Shown piece by piece: positions 52,309 through 64,000 of a stretch of DNA of 64,000 nucleotides. Position 1 is the first letter of the stretch. The number at the start of each line of letters is the position of its first letter. The DNA is from Mizuhopecten yessoensis (Eukaryota). The notes beneath the pieces are model-generated. The model made no database searches. It saw only the letters and a program-made list of their open reading frames with translations, and was not told the origin of the DNA. Made by a program: the position numbers and the translations under genes. The stretch spans positions 330,652-394,651 of the forward strand of contig NW_018404300.1 in the NCBI RefSeq assembly GCF_002113885.1. The letters are read 5' to 3'.

Positions 52309-52520
52309 AGAACCAGGATGTCAACAAACCAATACAACAGGAAATGGAGGATGACAAGAAGGCAGTCCTGCAGCAAATCCAGCAACAGTTGCCAGGCAAT
52401 AACCAATGGCAGAACTGTAGGAAGTTGATTTATGTCCCCAGGTCCGCACAAAAGGGTTACTCTGTGGGTCACTGGCCGATTCCTGAGGCCTACTGGCCAG
52501 ACATTGGAAGTGCTACACTG
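52309..52520 (+). CDS. INTS6: INTS6 exon 8
   Basis: ...WQNCRKLIYVPRSAQKGYSVGHWPIPEAYWPD; phase 1/0. Confidence 0.93.
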
Positions 52521-52916
52521 GTAGGCTTAGAAATATTTGTCAACGATTTGCCTTTTCTAGAAATTATTTTGAAACTCTTTTGTATTACCTCCCAAACTTA
52601 ATTAAAACCTGCATGATCCCATTTTTGAAAAATCTTTACATAAAAATAAGGACTTGATCATTTAAAAAAGAAAGTAAATTTTGTGATGTCTTTGTATACT
52701 GTAATTTTTTCCCAACTTACAGGAGGAAATTCCAAATGTACATAGAGGGAGGCTGTGTTTGTTTGAAAAAAATCAAACATCAACCCTGTAAAGCCTAAAC
52801 CATTAAACCTTGGATTTATTTTCGTTTGACACCAACAATTGTATATAGTGTGTTTTTGTTTCAACAAGAATATGAAATTTTAGTCGATGAATGTTGTGAT
52901 GGATGTTTTGTTGCAG

Positions 52917-53069
52917 CCTCCGCGGTCAGCCCAGCCTGTGTTGAAATTCTGCTGTACTGACTGTGAACCAATGGTGATAGAAAACCTCCCGTTTGATAAG
53001 TACGAGCTGGAACCTTCTCCACTGACCCAATTTATCCTTGAGCGCAGACTCCCAAACTCGTGTTGGCAG
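52917..53069 (+). CDS. INTS6: INTS6 exon 9
   Basis: PPRSAQP...LPFDKYELEPSPLTQFILERR...CWQ. Confidence 0.96.
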
Positions 53070-53969
53070 GTGAGGGCTCTTTTAGATATGTGATAGACTC
53101 CAATTGTTCTAAGTTTGATATTACTGTAAACCACGGTAGCTGAAAATATTTCCATGTTACACTGTAGGTAAGGGATCATTTCAGGTCAACCTTTTCACCA
53201 CTGTAGACCATAATGGACTTACCCAGATATATGTGTGGTAGAGTCTACTGAAGTTATTTAGGGTAAAAGGGTTAAACTTTGGTAGGGCGATTGGATAAAA
53301 TTTAATACCTGTGACAACATGTTCATTGATATTAGCCACTTAATTGTAATTGTACAATGTCACCTGTAGTGATGGCAATCAGATTAAAATCATAATTGAT
53401 AATCAGATTTTAAACGAAAGCTGTAATCTGATTGATGATCAACTGCACCATAGTGTTAATATTTGATCGTACTGAATACCCGAATAAAGTGAGAACACTT
53501 CTATAACATCAATAGACAGATTATCACCTATACATTACGTTTCAGTCTTTTACTGTAAATGGATTTAAAGCAATGTTTATGTAGTTTTTGTCCAATCATA
53601 GAGTAAATCTTAAGAATATAACTGTTTATTGAATTTATCTAACGCTTTGATTTCAGTAATGAACCGATTATACCGACTATAGAATTAGTATTTGAATCGA
53701 TAATCGGAAATGGAAAGGGCAAACTGGATGATTTTAGATTAAAATCGATCACTAGTCACGAGACACTTAACATTCAAAGAGATTATAAACTTGCTTTAGT
53801 ACTGAACAGAAATATGACATTGTGTTAAAAGAGTCATGTTCACACAAACTTGATGAACAAATGGTTAATGTTGAACCATGAAAAAATTGTACCACATTAG
53901 TTTGTTATATTGTGTACAGTGTCTGACTTTTACCCGGTTAACATGTGTTGGACATTTTGATTTTTGTAG

Positions 53970-54102
53970 GTGTTCATCAGTAATAGTGCTAAGTACAGTG
54001 ACACAGGACATCCATTTGGTTACCTTAAGGCCAGTAGTGCTCTCTCCTGTGTCAACCTCTTCATCATGCCATACAACTACCCCGTACTGCTGCCTCTCCT
54101 TG
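53970..54102 (+). CDS. INTS6: INTS6 exon 10
   Basis: VFISNSAKYSDTGHPFGYLKASSALSCVNLFIMPYNYPVLLPLL; phase 0/1. Confidence 0.96.
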
Positions 54103-54401
54103 GTAAGTCTGAGTAGGGCAACAGGCGAAACAGGTAGGAATGGGGCCTAGAATTAGGGAATAAAGTTAAATATAACCTGGTACAGACGCCTCCCTCTCCT
54201 TGGTAAGTCTGAGGAGGGTGACAGGCAAAACAGGTAGGAATGGGGCCTTGAAGTGCAGTATAAAGTTAAAGCAAGATTACTCAATGATGCAGTTGCTGAT
54301 AAGTCTGAACGGGGCTAAAATTGAAGGAATAGAGCCTAGAAGAAGGGGATGAAGCTTAACCAACATTTCCTGGTTAATATTCTTCTCATTGGTAAGTCTG
54401 A

Positions 54402-54959
54402 CAGTGCTCCAGATAGCTTGCGTGAATGCATATTTATGCACGATAATTCACAAATTATGCAAAAGAAAAAGATAAAACTTGCTTAATTCATGCAAGCAAA
54501 ATCCAGAACATTGCGTCAGTCTCCGGGTCCAGTTTAGCAGATTATAATACGCTTACAGTGAGTCACTGAGACGCTTGCATAGTACGCAAATCAATGCATC
54601 CTGTTACAAACACTAACATGAGCGAGAATATTTCAAACAATTGAATCATGGTGCTTTCAAAACAACAATGGCTATTTAAAATGGGGTTTGCAAGATGTTC
54701 TGATCCTACCGAACCTAGTAATGCAGATTTCATGAAAGAGATTTTGGAAAAAAGAGGTGTGGCAAAAAGCATCATAAATCATTATCGAAGCGGGCGACCG
54801 TTGATGGGTGGAAAATCCATTTCCCATTTGAACTTCTTTCAACATTTTCTGGTAACGTTGCTTTTACAGCATTTCATGGTTCAAAGTTTTAGTTTTCACC
54901 CCTCCACTTTGGAGAGGTAGGGGGAAAAAAAAAATGTTCAAAAATAATCTGGAGCACTG
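54402..54959. mobile_element. TIR DNA transposon (hAT-like ends) with 6-bp TSD
   Basis: CAGTGCTCCAGAT...ATCTGGAGCACTG perfect 13-bp TIR; GTCTGA on both sides. Confidence 0.8.
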
Positions 54960-57900
54960 GTCTGAGCAAGGCCACAGGGCAAAGCAGGTAGGACCAGGGC
55001 CTAGATGTAGGGAGTCCATTACTTTGCCTCTTCTTCATAAGTCTTAAAGGAAAAACTGTACTGGTGTCAGTGTGAGAAGAGTTACAGATATTTTGGGTAG
55101 TAAAACAGGCAGGATTCTAGAGTTCAAACAAAATGAAATACCTTATTGGTAAATGACAAGGTTTAGGGTACATAGCAAAACTACACTTTAAAGTACCACA
55201 GCTAGAGGGATTCTGGGTAAAGTGTATAAGTGATGATTTAGATCTGGATGCAGTGGGTTGGCAGGTGCAGTTGTGGTAGGTACACTGTAGATGTATAGTA
55301 AGGGGAGACAATCCAGACTTGGTTTATGGAAGATATAATATATTAAGAAGGGAATATAGAAGTGAGGAAACGGGTTCTTCTCATTATGAAGTGGTTCAAG
55401 CAGGGGTTTAACAGTTGTATTCGTAATATCAGGGTTTGGTAGGAAGATAATCAGAGTTTGAGAGGTAGGATTATGGTCTTCATGGTGAGTTAGGAAGGGT
55501 GTGGTGCAGGGCTATATCAATCTTGTGATTAGATAGGGAGTGGGACTTAATATCCCACAGTGGGGGCACGCTTACTTCAACAGTGTTAGAGGTTTACACG
55601 GCGAGATACTGTTAACAGGCGCCGTGTCGCAGTCGGGAAAAATCATATCCGATAGAAAAAAGGTCGACAAGCAGCCTCTTATGTTATAGGAGAAGGGGCA
55701 GGCTATAAACTAAGTGTTAGTATGTAAAGGAGTGGCTTGGATTGGGGGTGTTGCTGTAGACCACAGATTGATTTTGAGTGAGTAAGGGACATATCCAGGT
55801 GAAATATGTGTCAAGTTTACTATCTCGGCATTGGTGAACTGAGTGCAGGAATCCAAAATATGCTTACCATGTAGAACAGTGTCTGCAAATTATCTTGACA
55901 CCACTGATATTTGGGTGTCTGATCTGTTTTGTTCTATTTCATAGGTGATTTACTTGTGCTATATATTGGTACTATTTATTTCCATTATATATTTGTATTT
56001 TCATGATTATAGCAAACTGTATACACCAATGAAAATTTCCTGCAACCATTACTTTGGCTGTTGGCTGTTGTTGGCTAAATATTGCAAAACACTTTTAACA
56101 TTAAGATAGGGCTAGGGGAAAATAACTAAATAACTAAAGCCATGGCTTTGTCTTCTCGATGCAGCCTCGATCAGACTTTACGGGGGAGACACTTCCTCCG
56201 ACACCTTGCTTATCATGTGACGGCAGGAAGCCATCTCATGGAACAGTCGGCGGGAGACATCCACCAATCAAGTGAGGCCGTTCAGTCTCATTATGAATAT
56301 TCAAATTTATATTTATAACGCAAAGAATATTGAAACGACACTCGTAGATTGTCTGTTAGTTTTACATTAAACACAATGTCCTGTTTGACATTAACTGTTA
56401 AATGTAAAAAAATATCTGCTGTTGTTTGCTGATAAAATGTCAACTTTTCTCTTTAGTTTTAAGTGAATGTTAACAATGGTAACTGTTTTCTTTTTTGATA
56501 TTAAATCTTAATAATAAGAATTTTTAAAACATTCTGATGACACTGTTTCTGGGGGCCTCGGTAAACTAGTACAGAAACAGTTAATGTTGAAGTGTTCTCA
56601 CAGGCCATTGTAGCCCAGCAGACTATTTTGCTTGAAACCTCCCCAATAAAAAGCAAGTTAACATTACAACCTGCAAGGACTGGATGTGTTTATTTTGTTC
56701 TAAATTTGTTGCAAGATGTTTTGAAAGGTTAACTAGAGTCAGCTGGGCCAGCATCTCATTGTGGGCTTTGTTATTTTCTGAAAGCTATTTGTGTTAAGAA
56801 ATCTGTACCCTGTCCCTGTTGGTTATATGCTGTGGAGAACACTGCAACATTGCTTGGATTACAAATCAAAGAATTGATTCCTGAAGGCAAAAAACATTTT
56901 GATGCATATTGCATTGTAAGAAATGTACATGACACATGTCTGGACACACGAGACAAGGCTAGTCTAAGGATCATTGTATAACTAATAGGTTAATTCAAAG
57001 CAGGCCTATATGTCTGATTGATGTTTTTTAGAATTTAAATTTAAGGCAATTTAACTTACCTATTTTCCTCTGGACAGAGATAATGTCAGTGGCTTCATTT
57101 GTCGAATAGTCAGAGTGAAAATGATTGTAGTTCAAGATTTGTTGCACCTGAAGAGATTTTTTTTAAATTAACCTGTAATTGGTACCAACCATAAGGAATG
57201 AGTAGAATTTGATTAATAATGCCAAGTTGAATGAAGGTCTATAGTTACTCTTTGACCCCTGTACTTGCACAAACTCTCGTGTGACTGGCTCCTGTGGTGT
57301 AACATAATGTGTCATAAAAATGAAGGTGAGGCTTTTATCATGAATTTGGTGTTTAGTCCCATCCCTGAATTAAACCCAGGTTTTCAAGAGACCTTGTAAG
57401 CCATACCCTTATGTTCAGTAAAGAAGTGACAAATTCTACTTCAATTTTGAAGAGAGAACTTTTAAAGTGTCAACATCATCAACAATGTCCGATAAATTAA
57501 GTAATTACATGTATTTTTTTGGTTAAATTTCATTTATAATCATTGTTTAGTATTTCCTAGTGAATGTCCTCTGTGAAATATATTATTTTGGGTCAATTTG
57601 TAATACAAATTTCACATTCTAATTTACCATAATAATGTATCTTTTCTAAGGAAAATGAAGTTTTTGTAAATAAACTGGTCCAAATTCCAATAAAACATAC
57701 TAAAGGACTGTTAAGATTTCTTAATCATTTAGGGTTCAGTTTACAGATTATACAAAATACATTGCTTAATGAAGTGAATTAGTAGATCTAAGTGGTTTGA
57801 AAATGTTAAGTGAACTTTCACTTTTTAAACAGTGATAACTTGCAATTCAAATTATAAGCGTTTATATATCGGTGAGTTTTTGTTGTGATTTTTGTACCAT

Positions 57901-58017
57901 CTATCCTTAAATTGTAGCTGCAGTACCCAGTGTTGACTTGAAATATCTTCATCAGTACCATATCTAGCAGTCGTCTTTCATTGATCTGAAATATTGTATT
58001 TATTTTTGTCTTTCCAG

Positions 58018-58112
58018 ATGAACTGTTTAAAGTCCACAAGCTGAAGATATGCCCCAAATGGCGACAGCAGTTTGAGGGGTATATTAAGACAATGCCACCG
58101 TATTATGCAGGG
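58018..58112 (+). CDS. INTS6: INTS6 exon 11
   Basis: ELFKVHKLKICPKWRQQFEGYIKTMPPYYAG; phase 1/0. Confidence 0.96.
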
Positions 58113-58397
58113 GTAAGTTCAACACTGAATTTTTATAACCCCCTGCAAAGGAAGTTTAGGGGTATATAGGGGATCACCCTATCTGTCCATCTGTCTGTCT
58201 GAACCTTTTAAGCACATCTCCAGCTAAACTGTTTCTTGACTTTTTTTTGGTCACTTGACACAGTGAAAATACATGTGTAAATGTGCATGAAGGAATGTAT
58301 TTGCGATTCAACTTTTTCTCCTGGAGTTATGGCCCAGGAAACTTTTATTTTCTGCTCCAGAAATCTTGTAGGTGCAGCTCCTCCTTAACTGTTGGAC

Positions 58398-58798
58398 TTT
58401 TTAGGTCACCTGAGCTTTAGCTCAAGTGACCTATTGCTATCCGTTTTTCGTCCGTCGTCGTCCGTCGTCCGTTAACATTTTACATTTCAAACTTAAAGTC
58501 AAGTTCTGCTGGGTCGATTGAACTGAAAGTTGGTAGGAATGATCGCCTCATGGTCCTGACAAAGTGTTGTTATTTTTCGGGTCAATCAGAAATACAATTT
58601 GGCTGCCATGGCCGCTATTTTGCTACTAAGTTCTAATAGGCCGATCTCACTTAAAATTGGTCTAGGAATGATCAGCTCATGGTCCTGACAAAGTTAAGTT
58701 AACATTATACTATTTTTTACTCAAATTGGTACATATTTCAACAACAAAAATAAATACTGTAGACTCAGGTGACCGTTAAGGCCCATGGGCCTCTTGTT
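58398..58798 (+). mobile_element. HINE/Helentron-like element
   Basis: tttttaggtcacctgag, (cgtc)n, 3' caggtgaccgttaaggcccatgggcctcttgtt. Confidence 0.85.
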
Positions 58799-59209
58799 TG
58801 TTTTTATTTGCACGGTGAATCACACAAACAGAGTTTATAATGATTAAAGAACTCTCAGTAAAATATTTCAATATATCATTTTCTAGGATTGCAGTATTAA
58901 TACAAACTGAAATGAAAATGGTAAACATATACATGAGAGGACATCAATAAGGTATAAACAACCAATTTAGTAATATTTAGTCGGTACTTCATCAAAACTT
59001 AACGTTTTTGGGGATGCACCAAGGAATACCTAGATAAGATGGGGGGGATTTTAACTGGACGTGATGGTTCCCCCACTTTAATGGTAGATTTCTGTGTTTT
59101 TTCTAAAAACGAATATTTGTCGACAGCATTTTGTCTGTCCTCTCCATGAACATGCCTTATATGTTAGGAACAAACGATAAAATTATTGAATTGTGAATTT
59201 CATCAGTTC

Positions 59210-59376
59210 TGTGTTTGATAAACCAGTGTACCATGTGTTTGATAATACCATGTGTTTGATAATACCATGTGTTTGATAATACCATGTGTTTGATAATACC
59301 ATGTGTTTGATACCGTGTGTTTGATAATATCGTGTGTTTGATAATACCATGTGTTTGATAATACCTTGTGTTTGAT
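59210..59376. repeat. 17-bp tandem repeat (~9-10 copies) abutting an acceptor site
   Basis: Unit taccatgtgtttgataa. Confidence 0.92.
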
Positions 59377-59386
59377 TTTGTGGCAG

Positions 59387-59497
59387 CCTTTGCGACGTGC
59401 GTTGGCTCGGATGGGAGCTCCCAACCTAGTGCCTGATACCATGGACAATAACCTCAGCTACACAGTCATTACCTACCTGAAAAAACTCAAAAACCAG
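59387..59497 (+). CDS. INTS6: INTS6 exon 12 (gene continues beyond the window)
   Basis: PLRRALARMGAPNLVPDTMDNNLSYTVITYLKKLKNQ|gtaaat. Confidence 0.95.
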
Positions 59498-59675
59498 GTA
59501 AATATAGCTCCAACAGTATTGATATCTCAATCTGTTGTTATACATCTATTGACAAGCAAGGCTATATACACCTGAGAATGTTTTCAACCACGATGCATGG
59601 GAGTGCAGGTAGGATTTTTAGGTAGATCTGAGTCATTAAAACACAATATGATATGTACATGGAATATATGAATTG

Positions 59676-62600
59676 CCCCTGCGAAATGATTATGAATAAT
59701 TCATGAAACTTCATGAACAGTTCATGAAATATTCATGAATAATATTCATGAATGTTCTTGATTTGTTCATGAATATTTTCATGAAATTCATGAACTTAAA
59801 ACTTCATGAATAATCTTGAGCAAAATATTTCATGAAAATTCATGAATATAAATTCATGAATATTCATGAATATAAATTCATGAATATTCATGAATATTCA
59901 TGAATGTAAAATCATGAACTTTCATGAATATAAAATCATGAATATTCATGAATATATGAATTCATGAACATTCATGAAAAATGGCAACAATTCATGAATG
60001 TTCATGAATGTTCATGAAGAAAACGTCCCATTTTAAGTTCATGAATTGAAAATGCTTGAAATATTCATGAACATTCATGAACATGTACAAATTACCACAT
60101 TTCATGAACTTTCATGAAAGTTCATGAAAGTCTAATACCATATGAAAATAAACAATGGAATTCCACTTGGATACCAGAGGAAATACCACTGGATTCCACC
60201 AGCAATTTGACCTGGAATTTGTGGCCAAATTGCCCAGTGGATTCCAGTGGTATTTCCACTGAAATACCTAGCCAGTGGTCACTGAAATTCAAATTGGAAT
60301 CACTTATATGAAGATAACAATAATAATGGACATTCAATAGATTCTGAATTTACAGTTATGACGGTATATATAATCATTCATGCTGTGTTTAAAGTTAGAA
60401 ATAATGCAAGTAACGTCACAAATATCTTTTAAACATGAAAAAATGACAGTTGAATAACATATATATTTGCAAAAGTTTTTACTGCTACATATTTAGCATT
60501 GTTAAATATGAAATATGGATGCATGGTTCACATATGGTCTGTGTGGTTTCAAGAATATGATACAGCTGACATTATTAGGTTAGAGTTGTAGAATACAGGT
60601 TTCCCAAAACTCTTGAAATTTATCTGTATTGTATATGCAAATACATGCTGGTTTCCTCGTTGTAGAACTTGCACACTTTTTACCCGGTCTACTTATTGCG
60701 AGTCTATCCATTCTCCATGTAACAATTGATGGTGTTTGAAGTTCGAAATGTTCGTCTTCTATTTCGTCTAAATCACTGAGTTTGTTCAAAGCTTTTTAAA
60801 CAAATTTGGAATTAGGATCGGAAATAATAATTCCTTCACCATTAAGTTTTTGTTTTGTCAGTAACAAACACTTTATTTCCAATTGCAAGCTCCACACTGT
60901 ACGTTCCAATTATTACTGTTGTCATTTTTCTTGGTAGAACTTCTTTTGCCTAAACTTTTATCTAAAAGATATTCTCTTTTGTTTTGCAAAATTATTCCTA
61001 GTATTTGCCATACCTCTTTGTATGTCTGCTTAATTGAGGTGTCACTGATAATACATTTTTAAAAAACCGTTGTTATTTTCCAAGAATATTTGGTGCAAGG
61101 GGAGATCTTTTTTTAAAATATTGCCAGTACGTGTCTGCCGCATCTTGCATGAGATTGCTGAAAAACTGTTGTGGTGCTTTAGGTATTCCTCTTTTATCCT
61201 TTTTCAATAGCAAATCTTTCGCTGTATATCTTGGGACATTTTACACATCACTGTCATCCTGCAGGCTGGTGTTATCTTCTTAGCTTGTACACATATGCTT
61301 TAATTATCATTTGAAGATCTTGCACTAAAGCTTACATCTTCAGGTTCTGGCTGCTAATAATACTGCCTGTTTGTGTCGATGTCAGCAAAGCATGACGACT
61401 CTGTATCTGGCACACTTCAAAACGATCCATCAAGCAATCGAATGCATCTCTGATGTCCGCGTCAGTAAATTTTAGGAGTAATCCCATTTTCTGAATAAGA
61501 AAAAAGTTAATAATTTTTCATTTATCTTATAAAATACTGTAGAAATTAGTATATAGGCCTACCTGTATTTTCAAGCCCCTGTACATCAACCTTATTTTTT
61601 TTGGGGGGGGGGCTTTGATATCACACAAGTGGGACAGTAATTTTTATTGAAATTATATATTATCTATCTGCAAATTTCATACAAGTTAAGAACTATCTCA
61701 AGAGGTGCATTCATACTGTAAACTTCAAATTCGGCAGGGTGGGATTGGGTGCACACGCACACACGTTTGGTAATTTGGACGCAGTAACCATTAGCACTCA
61801 GTAATATATTCAATTCTGTTTTCTAACGTATAATTTTCAGTATCGATATCATTGCTAAACCCGCACGGTAAATATGACCACGGAATTAGATTAGATTATA
61901 TAAGTCCGTAATATGACGAATCAGATGAGTTGTTGCCAATGTAAACCGTTGTAACATCATGATCACAGACTGGTTTCACATAATTACACATAGTTTTAAC
62001 ATTTCATACAAGTATTTCATAAAATCCCAATCAGATTCTTACCTTCGGCTTCGATAACCTTCCTGCCGTCTTTCGAAAATTTCTCCATCTCCACTTTCTT
62101 CTGAAGCGTATTTGGCGCGGGATTAATTTCGTCCAATCAGAATAATTCCTCTATTCGCTCCGATCCTACCGGAAGTCAATTTATAAAAATATGGCATGGA
62201 ATGACTTCGGTGCGAAAAAAGACCATGTAACTTTGTCTGTCGATAAACAGGCACACCAATCGATGAAAGGAAGATTAAAACACATATAAAAAGATACGGG
62301 CTTCATCTCAATGACGGCGATGCAAACAATGGATAGGAATTGGAGTTTGAACATTCGCCCGACAGCATGTCAACAACTCCAGTTTCCCCTGGATTTTCGC
62401 ACACTAGGTAAGACTAAGGCCATCATACGTTGATTAAATTAACTTAAGGAGCAATGCCATGTTGTTTCCGTAGTTATTTCAATTAAAAGTTTTTGTAAAA
62501 AGTCCAGAGGTGTAGGCGTGTCGCTGTTTTGTGCCACTAAGTCACCGAATATTTCACAGGCGTTCGAAATTCTGACAGTAAATTGACAGACCTAACGTTA

Positions 62601-64000
62601 AATCTTATAAAGGAATATGGACGATTAAGTCAATTACTATCGATAGTAATACTGTTATCTTGAAATGATAAATATCTCAATTTACTGTCAGAATTTTAAA
62701 TGCTTGTGATTATTTTCACCGCATGGCGACGGTAAAATCCTGGGTATAATCGAAGTCAAGTATCTCTTCGTTTTTGAGGATTATGTTGTATAATATTGTA
62801 CCAATTGTGAACTAATACTTGTACTTTACATAACGAAAATATTAAAAAAAAATCCCTGTTCATGATCTATGATCTAAATAAAATGTTTAGATTATTATTT
62901 TTACTGCAACTGGCAGTTGGAATTATTCTGAGCAATGTTGACTGAAAATGTTTATGTCCAATGTTAATTACCAGTAAATATACTGTCAACTTACCAGCCA
63001 TGCCAGTATTTACTGGTAAACATTGGACAACAATTTCTTTAGTAAATATTAATTGCGGCCCTGAGATAATTAGCTATCTTGTCAATTACCTCATATAGAA
63101 CTCCCTGATCTCAAAGATCTCATCTCGCTTTCAGTTTATAAAAGTGTGAAGGTTCATGATCTTTCCTGTTCAGGTGTCCCGCTTTGTCGGTGACTAACTG
63201 ATGTCATTAAACAAACTTCAAAATACACTAGTCTCAAATTTAGAAATGGCTTGACATCCTTGAACTACCCGACTATTTACTAAGGATGTTAAACATTGTA
63301 AACCAAGCTGGAAACAATTCTGAATTTGGTCTTCAATAAACAATAGTTCCATCCGCAATAAGCCCATGCCTGCAGGTAATAACACCCTCCCCCCAATATC
63401 ATTATGAATTTCATTATTTTTTAATTCATTTCCCTATATATACATGTAGCGTGTAATATATATATGTCTGCAATTAGACCACCCAATATTTTACACTTGC
63501 TCCCTGGGCTTATTGAAGGATAAATATGGTAGATGATAATTAATTGGTAATTGGCGTGTTCAGTATATCATACAAATTATATATTTCAGATCAGATTCAG
63601 AGACAAGCTCTGATGATAAATTAAACCAAGATCTAGAGGATATGGCCAATTGGCATGAAGACCAGGGTTCAATATACTCAGAATCTGATCAGGAGATGAC
63701 AGATCCTGAACAGGATGATTCAGAGGCCAACAGTGATTCCGAAGATGAGAACCAAAAGGAAATGAATTGTGACTGGTGTAGTTCTTATGACTTCACTGTA
63801 TTCAACTCAGAATTAGCAGTCAACAAAATTCCTAATTCTGATACTATGACTAAACTTGAATGGCTGTGCTATCAGTTTCATAGGTTTGTGTCCCATCCAT
63901 CAATGAGCAAAGCAGCGTTTACACAAAATCTTCAGGTGCAGAAAATAATACACAATGACAAAGACAATATACAAAACAATAATGAAAATAATGAACTGCC
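59676..64000 (+). mobile_element. Left part of a decayed CACTA/EnSpm (CMC)-like transposon inside an INTS6 intron
   Basis: Dense subterminal TTCATGAA repeats (59690-60130); spliced transposase-like frame 62215-62407 plus 63590-end. The left boundary is approximate. Confidence 0.6.
63590..64000 (+). pseudogene. CACTA/EnSpm-like transposase exon 2 (open to the window end)
   Basis: tttcag| acidic stretch, then TKLEWLCYQFHRFVSHPSMSKAAFTQNLQVQK...NNEL, resembling the H-x-x-S-x-x-x-F...N-x-LP region N-terminal to the CACTA transposase core. Confidence 0.55.

Noticed and set aside
55100-55900. Purine-skewed intronic block, possible retroelement remnant
   Set aside because: No recognisable RT, endonuclease or terminal motifs could be read; not supportable.
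63590-64000. Next INTS6 exon
   Set aside because: Its phase (2) does not match the exon 12 end (0), it shows no INTS6 similarity, and it fits the 62407 donor instead.

Overview
AT-rich, intron-containing animal genomic DNA. The repeat families (Helentron/HINE-like elements, a V-domain SINE, palindromic MITEs) suggest a mollusc, probably a bivalve. Three protein-coding genes can be reconstructed by hand from GT-AG junctions with consistent phases. (1) A BIVM-family gene on + (9 coding exons, 20722-34849, 823 aa) with an MGxxxS N-terminus. (2) A single-coding-exon LRR-FN3-TM type I membrane protein on - (41408-42967) ending in KKQQ. (3) The first 12 coding exons of INTS6 on + (44254-59497), head-to-head with the LRR gene and continuing past the window. 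A probable first exon of a fourth gene on - lies near 1.85 kb. Introns contain minisatellites, HINEs, SINEs, a solo LTR, TIR elements and the left part of a decayed CACTA/EnSpm-like element. Main observations: the BIVM core has a phytochelatin-synthase/C39-like Gln-Cys-His-Asp motif set; three separate tandem arrays copy an exon end together with its 5' splice site; and the LRR protein has an ER-retrieval-type tail.
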